A stretch of DNA of 64,000 nucleotides, from NCBI GenBank assembly GCA_951406725.2, contig OX597815.1:103726001-103790000 (forward strand), written 5' to 3'. The stretch comes from Octopus vulgaris (taxonomy: Eukaryota). Below, piece by piece: positions 25,188 through 39,362 of this stretch (position 1 is its first letter; each line of letters opens with the position of its first letter). A model generated the notes under the pieces. It saw nothing but the letters and a program-made list of their open reading frames with translations. It did no database searches and was not told the origin of the DNA. A program made the position numbers and the translations under genes.

Positions 25188-25568
25188 CCTTTCTACAATG
25201 GGCACAAGGCTTGAAATTTGTGGGAAGAGGGTAATTCGATTACATCGACCTCAATATTCGACTGGTACTCAATTTATCTATCCTGAAAAGATAAAAGGCA
25301 AAGTCGACATCGGCTGAATTTAACCATCCTGCCAGCTCACCGCCTTAACAAAATGATAATAATGATTCATTCAGATTTTAGCACAAGGCCTGCACTTGCA
25401 GGGGAATGGTTAAGTCGATTTCATCGACCCCAGTACTCAACTAGTACATATTTTATCGACCCTGAAAGGATGAAAGGCAAAGTCGGAATCTGGACTCAGA
25501 AAGGAAAGACGCTAAAATTCCGGTAAGCATTTTTCTCGGCGTGCTAAAGATTTTGCCAGCTCCGCTTT
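24700..25568 (-). mobile_element. Cluster of about four SINE family B copies separated by (AAT)n
   Basis: Repeated atcgacccc..gaaaggatgaaaggcaaagtcgac..ctaagcat..ctgccagctc.ccgcctta. Confidence 0.8.
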
Positions 25569-25569
25569 A

Positions 25570-25570
25570 T

Positions 25571-25651
<81 letters not shown>

Positions 25652-25870
25652 GAGGAGGAGGAGGAGGAGGAGGAGGAGAAGGAAGAAGAAGAAGAAGAAG
25701 AAGAAGAAGAAGAAGAAGAAGAAGAAGAAGAAGAAGAAGAAGAAGAAGAAGAAGAAGAAGAAGAAGAAGAAGAAGAAGAAGAAGAAGAAGAAGAAGAAGA
25801 AGAAGAAGAAGAAGAAGAAGAAGAAGAAGAAGAAGAAGAAGAAGAAGAAGAAGAAGAAGGGGAGGAGGAG
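25570..25870. repeat. Compound (AGT)n(AGG)n(AAG)n microsatellite
   Basis: Visible; source of the poly-Leu/Pro/Thr ORF. Confidence 0.95.
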
Positions 25871-26719
25871 CTATCACTAGAAAAAGTTTAAGTAGTTACA
25901 TTTCCCGTTAGAATTATAGCGTATTAATAGCAACTATTTCTAAGGAGTTAACTATCATCTAGAAAACTATTCAAAATTTATTCCTCACCGTCACACTTTC
26001 AATTCTCCCATTCAGAATAAGATTAGAATCCATCTTTAAAGAAAAATAATTAAATTATTCCAGTTCTATTATGTGAAACACGTGATTATGTTCAGAGACC
26101 ATTTATATTTTCTATAATTAGAGAGTGTGTTATATTAAAAATTTTAGTTAACACTAGTAATTTCACCCACAGCTGACTTTTCCGTGAATTGTTAACTGGT
26201 CGTTAAATAGCTAAAATGAGCAGCATTGGTGTCCTCATGTATTTATGTATGATTGCGATGTTACTAGACGTGATTAAAATAATAAAATGTGGTTAGGAGG
26301 ATGATTACATATGTGTATCGTATAGCTTTTCGTAAGTTGCTAATCTAGTTAACAATACGAAAATACTATAATTCATAATTTCACCTTCCGTCGTTTCTCT
26401 ACTTAGGGAAAAAAAAACTATAATGTCATTGTTTCATTAGGTCACTATCCCTACCATACTCTTCTTCCTTTTGCATTCCTTCTTCATTTTTCGGAAATAC
26501 CACTAGGCAGGTAGCAACTGGGTCGTTTGTTCAACATCTCCCTACTCGTTCTGGGGGTTACAGTTCTAGAATAGCTTCCTCGTCATGAATATCTATTGGG
26601 ATTCATCAAGATTTGAATGTTTGTGCACACCTCTCTGACCGCATACCTTTAACTAGTAAAAGATAAAATATATAAAGATTTTATATATTTTAAACCTTGG
26701 CTCAAAATACGTAATATCT

Positions 26720-27169
26720 ATCTTTTATCTTTTACTTGTTTGACTCATTAGACCTCAGCCATGTTGGGGAAATGCCTTCAAGAATTTTGGTCGAACGATT
26801 CGACTCCAGTACTTACTTTTTAAGTTTTCTATCCGTTCCTTTCGCCCAACTGCTACTGTTATGAATATGTAAAGATACCAGCGCCTGTTGTCAAGTGGTG
26901 AGGGGGACAAACAAGCATAAACACATACAAACTCACCCCCTATATATATATATATATATAGGGGGAGAATTCACAAAAGTAACAAAAGATAATGACAGGT
27001 AGTGTAGATATATATATATATATACGTGACGGTTTTTTTTTTCAATTACAGTAAACCAAATCCACTCCAACGCTTTGGTCGGTCTGAGTCACTTACTCAA
27101 GGAAACATGCAGTGGTACTCAGCCCGGAACCATGTCGCTGGGAAGCAAACTTTCTTACTACACAGTCAC
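26720..27169 (-). mobile_element. SINE family A copy with a nested Penelope-type scrap in its TA tract
   Basis: Colinear with 58530-58855; ~26961-27007 matches the reverse complement of ~3031-3075. Confidence 0.75.
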
Positions 27170-27649
27170 ATAAGAACCTAGTATGATACTTTTAATTCTA
27201 AAGCACACCCTAGATATATTTGTGGTGTTCCGATTCTACTTGGCACTGCTAATTCTTGAATTTCAGATTATGCAAACAATGCAATATGCCCGAGCAAGTT
27301 AGTGGAGTGGTAGGAATTTTGTTTCCTCTTCCTTTGATGTGTACAGAAATACTTGATATGGACTTCACCACACAAGTGACACCTTGGTTTTCTGCCCTCA
27401 ACGGCTGGGAGACATAATTAGATTCGCGATGGATTCCATAATTTCTTAATCCGTTGTGGATCAATACGTTCTCCACGGCCAATTTTGTTTCTGCAGTCTC
27501 TTTCCTGCACTAACCATGATATTTACTTACGTGAAAGCATCGACAATATTTATCCTACTTACTCATCACGCAAGGTTAATTGGTATGAGTACCACCTTCT
27601 CATTCATAAATGCTTCCGTGCCTCATCGTCTCAGAAGAAAGTGATAAGT

Positions 27650-28293
27650 GCAGAATCTGGGAGCAAAACGGTGAAACAGCATGCCATATTTCCTATCAAT
27701 GTACGCCACTAACCCAGAAGGAATATAAGAGACGCCACAATAATATATAGCCAGGCTTGTCCATTGGGCACTCTGCAACAAGTATGGATTTGACAGAGCA
27801 AAAAATTGGTACGACCATAAACATGAAGGCATCGTTAAAAATAGTAATGCAAATGGGATTTTTTTATTCAGTGCGACCATGAGATAGAGAATAGGAAGCC
27901 AGACATAGTCTTAAATGAGAAACAAAACAAACTATGCTAGATCATAGATATAGCATGCCCAGCTGACAACAAGGTATGCGATAAGAAAGAAAGACAAGGT
28001 GAGAGATATGACAGGTTAGTTTGGAAAGTTAAGCAATTGTGGTATATGAAAAAGGAGCAGTAGTACCAATAATTCGAAGCCCTGGGAACATTTGAACAAA
28101 AATCTCGAGAAGTACGCGGAACAAATAGGGGCTGCAATAAGGGTGGAGCACTTGCAGAAAACAGCACTGCTTGGAACCGCTCGAATACTCCGGAAGGTGC
28201 TCGAAAAATAAGGGGTGTTATCTTAGTTCACTGGTAGTGAACAGCTGACACTGTAGTACATCTCCAGCGTTAGAACCTGTGCAAAGGCAATGC

Positions 28294-28295
<2 letters not shown>
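27650..28295 (+). mobile_element. R4/Dong RLE LINE 3' fragment
   Basis: EYKRRHNN..LVHW.LC.KY..WYDH..WDF.IQCDHEIENRKPDIV..IIDIACP..LQKTALLGTARILRKVL; ends in (AAT)n. Confidence 0.88.
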
Positions 28296-28342
<47 letters not shown>

Positions 28343-28343
<1 letters not shown>

Positions 28344-28844
28344 TCAAGGCCAATAAACCAGATATTGTTGTCAAAGACCAAAACAATAAAGTTTGCTTAT
28401 TGATCCACATGAGCATCCCCTGTGATCATAATATCTCAGCGAAAGAGTTTGACAAGCTCAGAAAATATAAAGACCTACTCATTGAAATTGAGAAAATGTG
28501 GCATCTCAAGGCGGTTACAATACCAGTGATCGTAGGAGCACTAGGAATGATCAAGAAGGGAACCGAAAATTATATGAGAATGATCCCTGGCTTACCATCC
28601 CTGCAAGAAGTGCAAAAGATTGTCTTAACTGGTACATCACACGTATTGAGAAGAGCATTGTCGATGTGAGAACTGTTGCTGCTCATGTATTTTAATTTAA
28701 CTTTAAAAAAAAAAAAAAAAAAATTAACGAACTACTGAGTTTGGTTTAATGGCCTACCAATATACACTATGAGTTTCTTTGCCCTAGGAGTCGGGAAGAC
28801 ACTCGGCAAGAAATGGAAGAAAATTTGAAAGAAGAAAAAAAAAA

Positions 28845-28845
<1 letters not shown>
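28343..28845 (+). mobile_element. Young R4/Dong 3' fragment, near-identical to 40664-41156
   Basis: IKANKPDIVV...VLRRALSM plus 3' UTR; (AAT)n on both sides. Confidence 0.92.
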
Positions 28846-28901
<56 letters not shown>

Positions 28902-28964
28902 GTAATAATAATAATGATAATGATGATGATGATGATGATGATGATGAGGAGGAGGAGGAGGAGG

Positions 28965-29145
28965 AGGATACTTTTTTATGAAGGTAGAAGACCTCCAAAA
29001 ATCAGCATTGTTTGGAACTGCAAGAACTCTTCTCAAGGTTCTTGAAGCGTGACCAGTAAACAAGTGTCACCTTCATCTGCTGCCTGTGGACAGATAATAC
29101 TTTCCACCCTACCCACCAAAATAAGCTGTGAGTTTTCATATAATA
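28965..29145 (+). mobile_element. R4/Dong extreme 3' end (same subfamily as 24540-24690)
   Basis: LQKSALFGTARTLLKVLEA* and a shared UTR tgtcacctt..tctgctg..aaaataagctg. Confidence 0.8.
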
Positions 29146-29286
29146 ATAAAAATAATAATAATAATAATCCTTTCTACAATAGGCACGAGGCCTGAAATTT
29201 TGCGGGAGGGGTTAAGTAGATTACATCGACCCAGTGCTCCACTGCTACTCGATTTATTGATCCCGAACGGATGGAAGGCAAACTCT

Positions 29287-29790
29287 GATGCAGTACCAGG
29301 CAGTGGCTCTCATAGCATTCGATCTTAAATGATTGGAAGCATTAGCATGTACATGTTTTATCTCGGTGTGAAAGATGGGCTACAGCAAATATTCTACTCA
29401 ATACCACATTTAACCCTAACAGGTTAAGCATGTCCCTTAACGGCTAACGAAATGCGTATCTCTGATCAGGAGCAGGAGTAGCAAGGGAGCATCATTGCCA
29501 TGAGTTGAGAGGGATTTTTAAGGCTTGAATAATTTACCCGTGGGAAATGAGTGTTTCATTCGTCATTCTTAAACACCCTTTGTTCAAGGACCTTTTGAGC
29601 GGGATGAGCCACTCGATCTGAAGGAAATTGTAACTAGGCCCCCACCTGAAAACTCATGCACCATTTATCATGATATGAGATTACTATGTCGCACGCATAT
29701 GGTTACGAATGATGTACTTGTTGTGCTCTAATCAGACGTGTTTATTGGGCCTCAGATATTTGTACCCCAAATGTGCTGCTCTCTCAATCA
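29287..29790 (+). mobile_element. Probable non-coding interspersed repeat ending in an (AAC/AAT)n tract
   Basis: GC-richer block truncating a SINE B copy; resembles a repeat I recall from octopus DNA, but it is single-copy here and unverified. Confidence 0.4.
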
Positions 29791-30657
29791 ACAACGGCAA
29801 TAACAACAACGACGACGACGACGATGATGATAATGATGGTAATAATAATATTAATAATTATGATAATCATTATTATTATTTCCTTTTCTTTTAAACATAT
29901 GATTCATTCATTGCAGCAACGTGGTACAAAGAGGGTTTAAAATATGTTTGCGAATCTATACACATAGTTATAAAATTAACGAGTGATAGGACCACGAATC
30001 TACTGAATTATATTCATACGTATTAATTTGTTGACATAAATATAAGAGAGACACATAAATAAATGTATAAACACGATATAAATAGAACCAACTATAACAG
30101 TCTTCCACAAGGATGAAAATCCACCATACATGTAGCATTAGAGCTCTAACGATACCAAACGCCTCCGTTCCTAATGCTGAAAACAGGTACAACCAAGTAA
30201 GGCTTCGACCATTCTCAGTGTCGGAGGAGGTAAGAATTATTTAATTATATCTCAGAGAAGATATCATAGCCTCAGCACATGTCCTCGCACAAGCCCAATA
30301 TATATCACTTTCTATTATATTACATACTGTAATATACAATACTTCTCCTTACACAATACTTCTTTTAGCTTTAAATTTCTAAACATTAGACATTTGCTAT
30401 TTACTCTTCAATTCACTTGTATTCTTCGAAACCAACAATTAGATTGCATTGTTTTCTGCATCACCGCTTCTTCGTTTTCCATTAAAAACTTTTTAGCATT
30501 GAATGAATTCCATTTTGACTGACAGCTGGCACAATTGGCATGAAAATGTTTTCCAAGAAATTCTTTCACATTTAATTAAATCCTTAAAAATATAATGTCA
30601 ATCATATAAATGATGATGACGATGATGAGGAGGATCCCCCTCCTCCTCCTCATTATC

Positions 30658-30689
<32 letters not shown>

Positions 30690-30734
30690 AATGATAAAGA
30701 TAATAATAATAACAATAATAATAATAATAATAAT

Positions 30735-31480
30735 TCCAAAGAAGGTGAAATCAGTACCAAAGCATAATGCGTTTGAACAATTGGCTAATAGGTGGGAACA
30801 AAAACCTCTGCATGACAAATATGTAGCCTGTAGCAAACAAGCAGTAGACCAGGAAGCGCAATCCATCAGTGGCTACGGATCTTAGGACTAAAGGCAGAGA
30901 GTGAAGGCTTTATTTGACTGCTCAAGATCAGAGTTTTTTGACATGGAACTATCACGCCAATGGTGTAGACCCAAAGTGCCGATACCGCAACGATGGGATT
31001 GAAAGAGTGGGCCACTTAATCTCTGTGTGTAAGGATTTAGCACCTGTAGAATACAAATCGAAACTTGACAGTCTTGGCCAGTATCTACATTGGATAATGT
31101 GTCAGCATTATGAAATCAAAACTGCTGACAAATGGTACAAGCACCACCCTGAGGCTGTAATTGAGGAAGAAAATGTAACAATTCCTTGGGACTTTCTAGT
31201 ATGTACAGATCGGACCATTAAGGCAAATAAACCAGATATTGTCGTGAAAGATCAAAACAATAAATATTGATAAACTCAGGAAATATAAAGATTTGGTAAT
31301 TGAAAAGATGTGGCATCTCAAGACGGTTATTATACCAGTTACTGTAGGAGCACTTGAAATGATCAAAGAAGGAACTGAAAATTATTTAAGAATAATCCCT
31401 GGCTTACCATTCATGCAGGAAGTGCAACAGATTATCCTAACTGGTGGGTCACACGTACTGAGAAGAGCATTGTGGCTGTG
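30735..31480 (+). mobile_element. Older R4/Dong copy (zinc knuckle + RLE), same family as 40664-42014
   Basis: RWEQKPLHDKY, AQDQS, DPKCRY..HLISVC, ANKPDIVVKDQ, MWHLKTV..VGAL..VLRRAL; starts in (AAT)n. Confidence 0.9.
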
Positions 31481-31799
31481 AATTTTCTTTCTTTCTTCCC
31501 CTTTATTTTCTTTGCTTTTCCTTTTTCTCTTTGTCATATGTGGTGGTGGTGGCGTCGGCGGCGGCGATAATAATCCTTTCCACTAAAGGCGCAAGACTTG
31601 AAATTTTAGGAGCGGTTACCTCTCATTGCTCAACTGATACTTGTTTTATAGACTCATATAAACAAAGATAGTAAGGTAATAGTAATTTAAACATGCTTAT
31701 ATCCACAAAACAGGTAGAAGTTCCAGGCAGGCATATAGTTCCATCCTGCTTAACTCTGATTCTATTAGCCTCAAAACATGTAGTTAGCGCTATTAAAAT

Positions 31800-32410
31800 A
31801 GATGTTAGGTCACTGAAGATGGAGACATTAGATGAAGATGATGAAATAAAACTTTTATATCTGAACCACAAATATTTATAAGGAATACTTTAAAGTTTTT
31901 CAATATAACAAGCAGATAGGAAGGACAAAGTTCTAAAAAATACTTTAGAAATAGTCAAACCTATATTAAGCACTAAGCTGTATGCTAAAAATAATATAAT
32001 AGTCATTTATATACATAAATATACCAGTTACAAAATTTTCTACCTTCGAAACAATTAAAAATAAGTGAAATTAAATATCAGTTAACTATAGATAACATTC
32101 TGAATTACTTCAAGAACTGATATAGATAGAATATAACTATTCCAAACTCAAGAAGAATGGTTCTGATAAAAATAGATATCTAGAAATCTACTACAAAAGA
32201 ACAACTGTTGGACTAAAAAAATTGTTAGAAGCGAGGAAATATAAACTGATTAAAGTAATAAAGAAGAATGACGGCATAAAAGATATAACTCAACTTTAAA
32301 TAAAGATTATACTACAATTTAGAATATACACTGTAGAAAAATGTATAAACACAAGCATATGAACAATGCCTAGCAACAAGCCACTATAAATATAAAACAA
32401 TTAAAAAGAA
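31800..32410 (+). pseudogene. Highly decayed R4-type RT C-terminal fragment
   Basis: VKPILSTKLYAKN; DIDRI; LEIYYKRTTVGL resembles FELAYKTTTIGL in the 40830 ORF. Confidence 0.55.
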
Positions 32411-32479
32411 GCTAACATTAATCGCACTCTCTGCATCCAGCACGATAAGTTGCATCCAGCTCGCAACCGTTGTAATAAG

Positions 32480-32900
32480 AATCCTTTCTATAGTAATCAT
32501 AAGTCCTAAAATTCTGGTTAAGTTTGTAAGTCAAATACATCGACCCCCAGTCCTCAAGCGGTACTTATTTTATCTTCCCTCGAAGTGATGAAAGGTCGAC
32601 GGAATTTGAACAGAGGACGGAAAGATTGATGATATACTGCTGACCATTTTACCCAGCATGTTAACGATTCTGCCAGCTCACCGCTTTGCAACAATAATAA
32701 TGGTTTCCAATTTTGACACAAAGCACGCCATTTCGGTGGAGGAGGTGAGTCAATTACATCAACCCCAAAGCTTAATCGATACTTATTTTATCGACCCCCA
32801 AGAGGATGAAAGGTAAAATCAATATGTAATTTGAAGTTAGAAAGTAAAAGCGGACGAAAGCGTTTTGCTCGGTGTGCTAACTGTTCAGCCAACTGGTTGT
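32480..32900 (-). mobile_element. Two SINE family B copies
   Basis: Same motifs as 24700-25568. Confidence 0.75.
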
Positions 32901-33254
32901 CTTTAGTGTGGTCTTTCTATTTCAAGCCTTTGAACTAAATCTCCAGTTAGAGTTAATCGAAGGATTTCTTGAATAAGTGATTAAAGAAACTGATATAGTT
33001 TAACTAGAATACTCAACATTTTACAGAGAAAGTTCGGAAATCTGCTAAAATTTTATCCTCGTTTTTATTGTACTTTATGATTGTAGAAATCATTGCTGGA
33101 ATGTATAGAGGTAGTTGTGATATTTAAGATTCCATTTTTATTATTGAAAAACATGGTCCAATATTTCTTTTTCATCAACATCACCATCATCAATATCAGC
33201 AACTCCTCCTCATTATTATTATGTTCCTTCTCCTTCTTCTTCTCCTCCTCCCCC

Positions 33255-33289
<35 letters not shown>

Positions 33290-34852
33290 TTTTCTTCTAT
33301 TACTACACCTACCACTATTACTACTACTACTAGTGCTGCTGCTGCTACTACTACTGCTACTACAACTATATAATTATTTTATCTCTCCTCCTCCACATTC
33401 TGATTGTTAAATTTCTGCAATAATTGCTACTTACGACAGTTAAATACTGATGAAGACGCAAGCGATGACCATAGATTATATATTTTTACTATCCCGATTC
33501 TGAATAATAATCTGTCAGAGTTTATGTCACATTTAGATCCTCCTTGCTTTTTGTATCGGGCGAAATGCATAAAATGAGCTCCAGCGAAGCGCAGTGGCCA
33601 TTTATATTAGTTATCCGCTTCTTCAAGGCGTTAATGATTAGTCAATGGAAGGGCAGCTCCCATGAACTTTCTGATGGGGGGAATAATCCACAATTCATAG
33701 ATAAGCTCTCAAGATCTGGTTCAAGGATCTGCAACAATGTGAACACACTAAAAGCAGCACAACAACAAAAAATTTAAAGAAAAGTGACACTTGGATTATA
33801 GTATCCATTCTGTGCCTCTACAAAATATTACAAGACTATTATATCTACTTACTAGTTGTCTCTCTGTTTCTATGTTAGACGACTTCGATATTACCATTGT
33901 CAGTTACCACCAGGTCAGCTCAAACAAGATATGAGTTTCCTGTCAGTTTACCTTTATTTTTTATTTTTATTTTTTTGAGACTTCTCTACTTTATATCACC
34001 TACTATGTCAGCCATCAGGACCATAGAATGTAGTTTGAGCAAAATTTGATTGTTATATGTAACGGTTCGAGTAATCACGTAGAATCTCTCTGATTGGTTT
34101 ATTGTTGTTGCTTTATTTATTGTTGATATTACAACAAATTTTATTGAATCAGGTTTGATGTTGCTCTGTTACTCTTAGTGATTCTGCCTACTTCCCTTGT
34201 TTGTGTTTGTAAAGATTTTATTGATTTTGTAAACGATAACGAATTAGGTTTTCGTTATAAACGATTTAATTAATGTGCTGCAGCCTACGTTTGTTCATCC
34301 AGCAATATCTCATAAATAGAGAAATTACATACGAAATTTAAATTCTATGAAGACTTTAGGGAATTCCATCTTTTAGTTAATCAATATGAAATATTTGAAC
34401 GAAGCAAAATACTGTCATCATATGTATAATTTTCTGATCTTCTAGCCAACAGTATGATATCTCTCGTGGTCTGTTAAGCAGCTAAATGAGATTCATAAAT
34501 GATTAAAGTCGTAAATTATATGGTTACAAATACATTATCATAATAGTAGTTGTGTATGTTATCCCTAATAATCTTTCAACTACCGGACTGAATAAGAAAT
34601 TAATTTTGTTTATATTCAAAAGTTAAAAAGCAGAATTGATGTGCAATCTTATGAATATTTCTTCATCATATGTATAGGCCTCATGACTTTAGTCTATAGG
34701 ACGAAATACTATTTATACTACTACTTGTAGTAAATTATATTAAAGTTAACAGGTATATATCAAGTATTATGGTGAGCACACAAATATGACTACGTTCGCC
34801 TTGTCTGATATGATGTCTTATATCTAACAAATATATATACATACACACACAC

Positions 34853-34891
<39 letters not shown>

Positions 34892-34894
34892 CAT

Positions 34895-35377
34895 GTATGG
34901 GTACAGGACGTGACAAAAGGGTGCAAATAATATGAAATACGTAAATAACAAAAAATAATGGAAAACCGGAAAAGGTAACATAGAAAAAGGACACTTCAGC
35001 AGTTGTCGGTTGTCTATCTACTCCTCATTTAGAACATTCAACGACAATATGAATTTTCAAAGACAGTTCCTTCCATAAATTCTAAAATGAAATTTAGGAT
35101 CGGTGGAGGTTCAGACTTGGGAACAAAAAATAACAGTGGAGACATTCAAGGAAACTGAACGAAAACAAACAAGGAGGATCGTTACATAAGAACGAGAGTA
35201 AAATAGTGAACGCTGGCAGAAACATTTTTTTGTTTTTGAAAAGAGAAAAGATGAAGGGTCCTTTTCTGTGCTAACTTATCCTGTTTTCTATTTTTCCTCG
35301 TTGTTTACGTATTTAACTCATTTTCCCTCGTTTGTTTAAGTATTTCATGCTATTTGCACTGTTGGTAACGGCCTGTA

Positions 35378-35385
<8 letters not shown>
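34895..35385. repeat. Insertion with diverged ~105-bp inverted ends between (TA)n tracts (Penelope-type)
   Basis: The reverse complement of 34897-34998 aligns with 35252-35382. Confidence 0.7.
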
Positions 35386-35420
<35 letters not shown>

Positions 35421-35471
35421 TAGCAGAGATATCCGGCATTGCTTGCTATTAAAATGGCAGTTTTTTTTTTG

Positions 35472-35660
35472 TTTTACTAGTTTGGGTCATGTGACCGCCT
35501 TCATTTGAGAAATCGACCCCAGAAGTTATTCTTTGTAAGCCTAGTACATATTCTATCGGTTTGTTTTGCCAAACAGCTACGTTACGGTGACGTAAACACA
35601 ACAACATCGGTTGTCAAGTGATGGTGGGGGTACAAACACAGACACACACACACACAAACA
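35472..35660 (-). mobile_element. SINE family A 3' half
   Basis: aatcgacccc..ctttgtaagcctagtac..ttctatcggt..cgtaaacaca..ttgtcaag, as at 58550-58690. Confidence 0.75.
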
Positions 35661-35759
35661 CACCTATGCATACATGCACAATATACATGTAAATAAATAT
35701 TTACATATACACATATATATGTATATATACATATATACATATATGTATAGACTCTCTAT

Positions 35760-36545
35760 CACATGTTGACTGGTCTTTCACACATGCACACACCTCCTCC
35801 AGCATCAAAATATCTTGGCAGATCTTTGTAGGCACTGTCAAAAACATATGTGCTAAACACAGACCACCAAGACCTGTGAAGAAAACTAAGTGCAGAATTC
35901 CCCAAAACAGAAAAATCGATTATCAGAAAAATAAAAAAGAACAAACAAAAAAAATAACAAACTACAATACTGCCATCAGCTACACATAAATTCGGCGGCT
36001 ATCAGCCTGCTTGAATAAAAAAATATAACCTCCAACAGTGCATAAAGAACATCATCATTAACCAAAGAACAGCTGAGAAGAACTGGGTCGTTGAGAAAAT
36101 CAAACTCAACCGCACAGTGTTCTCTTTTCTGAAAAAGCAAAAGATCACTCTCTTAACTGTTTTCCCTCTGATTCATGAAAATCTCGATCTCCAAGATAAC
36201 AGCCAAAACCATGAGGGAGATACTGCAGAAATAGTTCTGCTCTGTTTTTAGCAATCCTGATATAGCCGATTTCGACTGAATCAGTGATGCTAATCGTCAA
36301 CACGCTACATCGGACATAATGTTTTGCACCCCTGATGTGTTAGCGGCAATAAACGAAATTAAACACAATTCAGCAGTAGGCCCTGATAGGTTCCCTGCTT
36401 GTGTCTTGAAGGTGTGTCGACACCAACTTGCATCTCCTGTTGCTAATCTGTGGAGGAATTCACTGGATGCTGGTTATATTCTTGAAAACTTTTTGTCCCA
36501 GTCTGTTGTCCCAATTTTCGAAAAGGGAAACAAGTCCCTTACAAT
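35760..36545 (+). pseudogene. CR1/L2-like LINE fragment (pre-RT and RT domain 0-1)
   Basis: VLAAINEIKHNSAVGPDRFPACVLKVC..LASPVANLWRNSLDAG..SVVPIFEKGNKS. Confidence 0.75.
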
Positions 36546-38476
36546 GATCCTGAAATTGTGTCTATTATGATTAAAAGGATCTTTTGCATAGGTAAAAGGC
36601 CTATGTTTTAAAGAAAATTCCAAGTTATTGGCATTCTATTGGAACATTCTTGAAGCCTGCTACTACTGCGTAAATGACACAGAATCGCTATAAAAGGCGA
36701 TTTAAAAATATACAAAGTATAATTTATTGAACAAGCAAAATAAATTACATAACCCATCTTAAGAACCAGTGTCAAATCGATACCTTAGACTAGAGTTATC
36801 TCTGTAAATATATAATTATAGGAACTGCAATTTGAGAAAACAAAGAACAATAAAAGGATCCAAGAAATATAGAAGAATGATAAGAAATTAATAAATAAAA
36901 AAATCTTAAATAAAATTTTCTCTAGTGCTTTTATATTTCATTATTTACACATACCATAGTTCGTCCATCACACATTTTCCAGTAATGATAGTTTGTTTTA
37001 GAAATAAACAATAAATCTGTCCTGTTTCAAAACATGACTCAATGGTAGATTTCAAAGTAGATTAAGTTCTATCTTTATGTAAATAAAGTATTTGTGTGCG
37101 TTTGTGTGTTTCTATGTTTTTGCCCATGTGCGTGTTCGTGTATTTATTTATTCGCACATGAATATAGTCTCTTTCCAGATTAATATTTTGCTTCAAAATG
37201 GCGACATATGGTACATTCTCTTGTCTGCATCACATTAAAATACCTTGTAATATCTACTTACAATTTTCTATACTCTGCATTCAATTTCTGCCAAGAAACT
37301 GATTAAATAAGTTCCAGTCACGTAGTGGAATTGGCTATATCCATCCTCCCCCCAACTTTTGTCACTTTCAAATGGGATTCAGGCCCCAAAAAGGTTGATC
37401 TGAATGCGTATTTGTATGTCTTAGTTAATATGTACTGATGTACAGTGGGAGATAACCATTAACATAAGTCTCTAAATTAAAGAACGAATCAGCTCAAAAA
37501 ATTCGAGCTTGTGGTTGTTGCTTCCAATGCCGGCCAGAACGATGTAATTAACGCGGCTAATTCACATGAAAAATCATGGACATAAAGCAAGTTATCCTTT
37601 AACAACACAAATTAATAGCTATCCCTGATAACACGCGGCTGGTGTCCAGCTATGAACAGTTTATGATAAAATGTCAAATAAAATAGTGACGTTTAATCGC
37701 ATACCACATATCACACATTCTTGTAGTAAATACGTATAATGTTGCTTAGATCCCTTCAAACAGAAATTGATTCTAGCTTCTTGAAATGTTTCAAAACGTG
37801 TGTGACGATAAAGAAGTGAAAAATTAAAATTTTAGGAAGTAACAATTTACTAAAATTCGATTATAACAAATGGTATAGCAGAAATATATTCTATGCTTAA
37901 ATGATTCCATGGTATGTCAAAAAAGTAATTTGAAACGTGAGAATTATTCGAAAACATCTCAGGCTTTAGATTTTTGCAAAGTTTGTTTCTTATTTTAGAC
38001 TTATATTTGCATATCTGCATACAGTTCTATCTATCTACCCATATATATGCATACTCACGCGCACACTCACGCACTCACATACACACACTCACACGTACGC
38101 ACGCGCGCGCACACATACACACATACACACACATATATATATATATAACAAGTAAGAGAAAAAGGTAAAGGTGTTTATGTAACTGTGTTGGAGTGTTTTC
38201 GAGTGATTCTTAGTGCACAAAGGTTGAATAAGTATGAATTACGTTGGTATCACTATAAGCTCGTGACAAAATATAATCAAAAATTTATTGAAGTCATCTC
38301 TAAAATATATATTCTTTTATAATTCTTAATGCAAAGTCAACTAGAATAATTAAAATAGTTCAACGGGTGAAATTATATCCATGCATTTTCTGCATTTCTA
38401 CAAACACGCACAAAATTATGTATAATACAAATGTATGTACATGTATATAGACAGATAGATATGTATGTATACATAC

Positions 38477-38521
<45 letters not shown>

Positions 38522-38628
38522 TGTACTTGTTTCAGTCATTTGACTGTGGCCATGCTGGAGCACCGCCTTTATTTAGACATATATATCTATATATATATAG
38601 ATATATATATAATATATATATATATATA

Positions 38629-38682
<54 letters not shown>

Positions 38683-39146
38683 GTGTGTGTATGGTATGTA
38701 CCTCAGAAAATTAAATGATACTAAAAATTGGATACTTGCTATGAGTGAATCCGGGTATTTAAAATCTCAAAGGTAATAGATTCATTACATCGAAACATTT
38801 TGTTGGTATAAGCTAGTATTTGGGATTAACGAGATCATTAAAAACCCATCCCTCAAATTATTACAACGTAATATCGGAACATCCAAATATATCAATGCAA
38901 CGGATCAAATTCCCCAAAACTTGAATTGTGAGTATGGAATGTCTAAATGCTCGGTTCGCTAAGTATAGTTGACTTGTTCTTATTGTATTTTCTGGCACAC
39001 AAGTCGAATATTTCTGATCAGAATTTACTGTCAATAAAAGTAGGTCGACTTACACGCTAAAATGACTTTGAAAGGCTGGAAAGTCGATGTGTAATGCAGC
39101 AAAAGTTGGGAAGCGTGTGACATTGATTACGTACACAATATGTTTA

Positions 39147-39362
39147 CAGTAACCCTTCGACTATCGCGGCTGTTACGTTCCACACACCACCAACCGCAAT
39201 AAGTGAAAATACTGTATTTTTTATCATTTTTTAAATAATTTGTATATATTTATTTTATTATAAATGCAAAACTACAGCACAGAGGAATCGATGCAATGTT
39301 AAATAATTAACCGCGATAAGTGAACAGTGATAAGTGGACCGCGATATTTTGAGGGATTACTG
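39147..39362. mobile_element. Tigger/pogo-type MITE, ~216 bp
   Basis: TA-cagtaacccttcgactatcgcgg ... ccgcgatattttgagggattactg-TA (CAGT-starting TIRs, TA target-site duplication). Confidence 0.85.

Noticed and set aside
24700-25568. Repeat-spacer pattern resembling a CRISPR array
   Set aside because: Long diverged SINE copies separated by microsatellites in eukaryotic DNA; no cas genes
33447-33480. CTGATGA hammerhead-like start
   Set aside because: No stem II/GAAA or stem I partner
35420-35462. Helitron/Helentron-like terminus (actagcagagatatccggcattgc)
   Set aside because: Too short and no matching opposite end found
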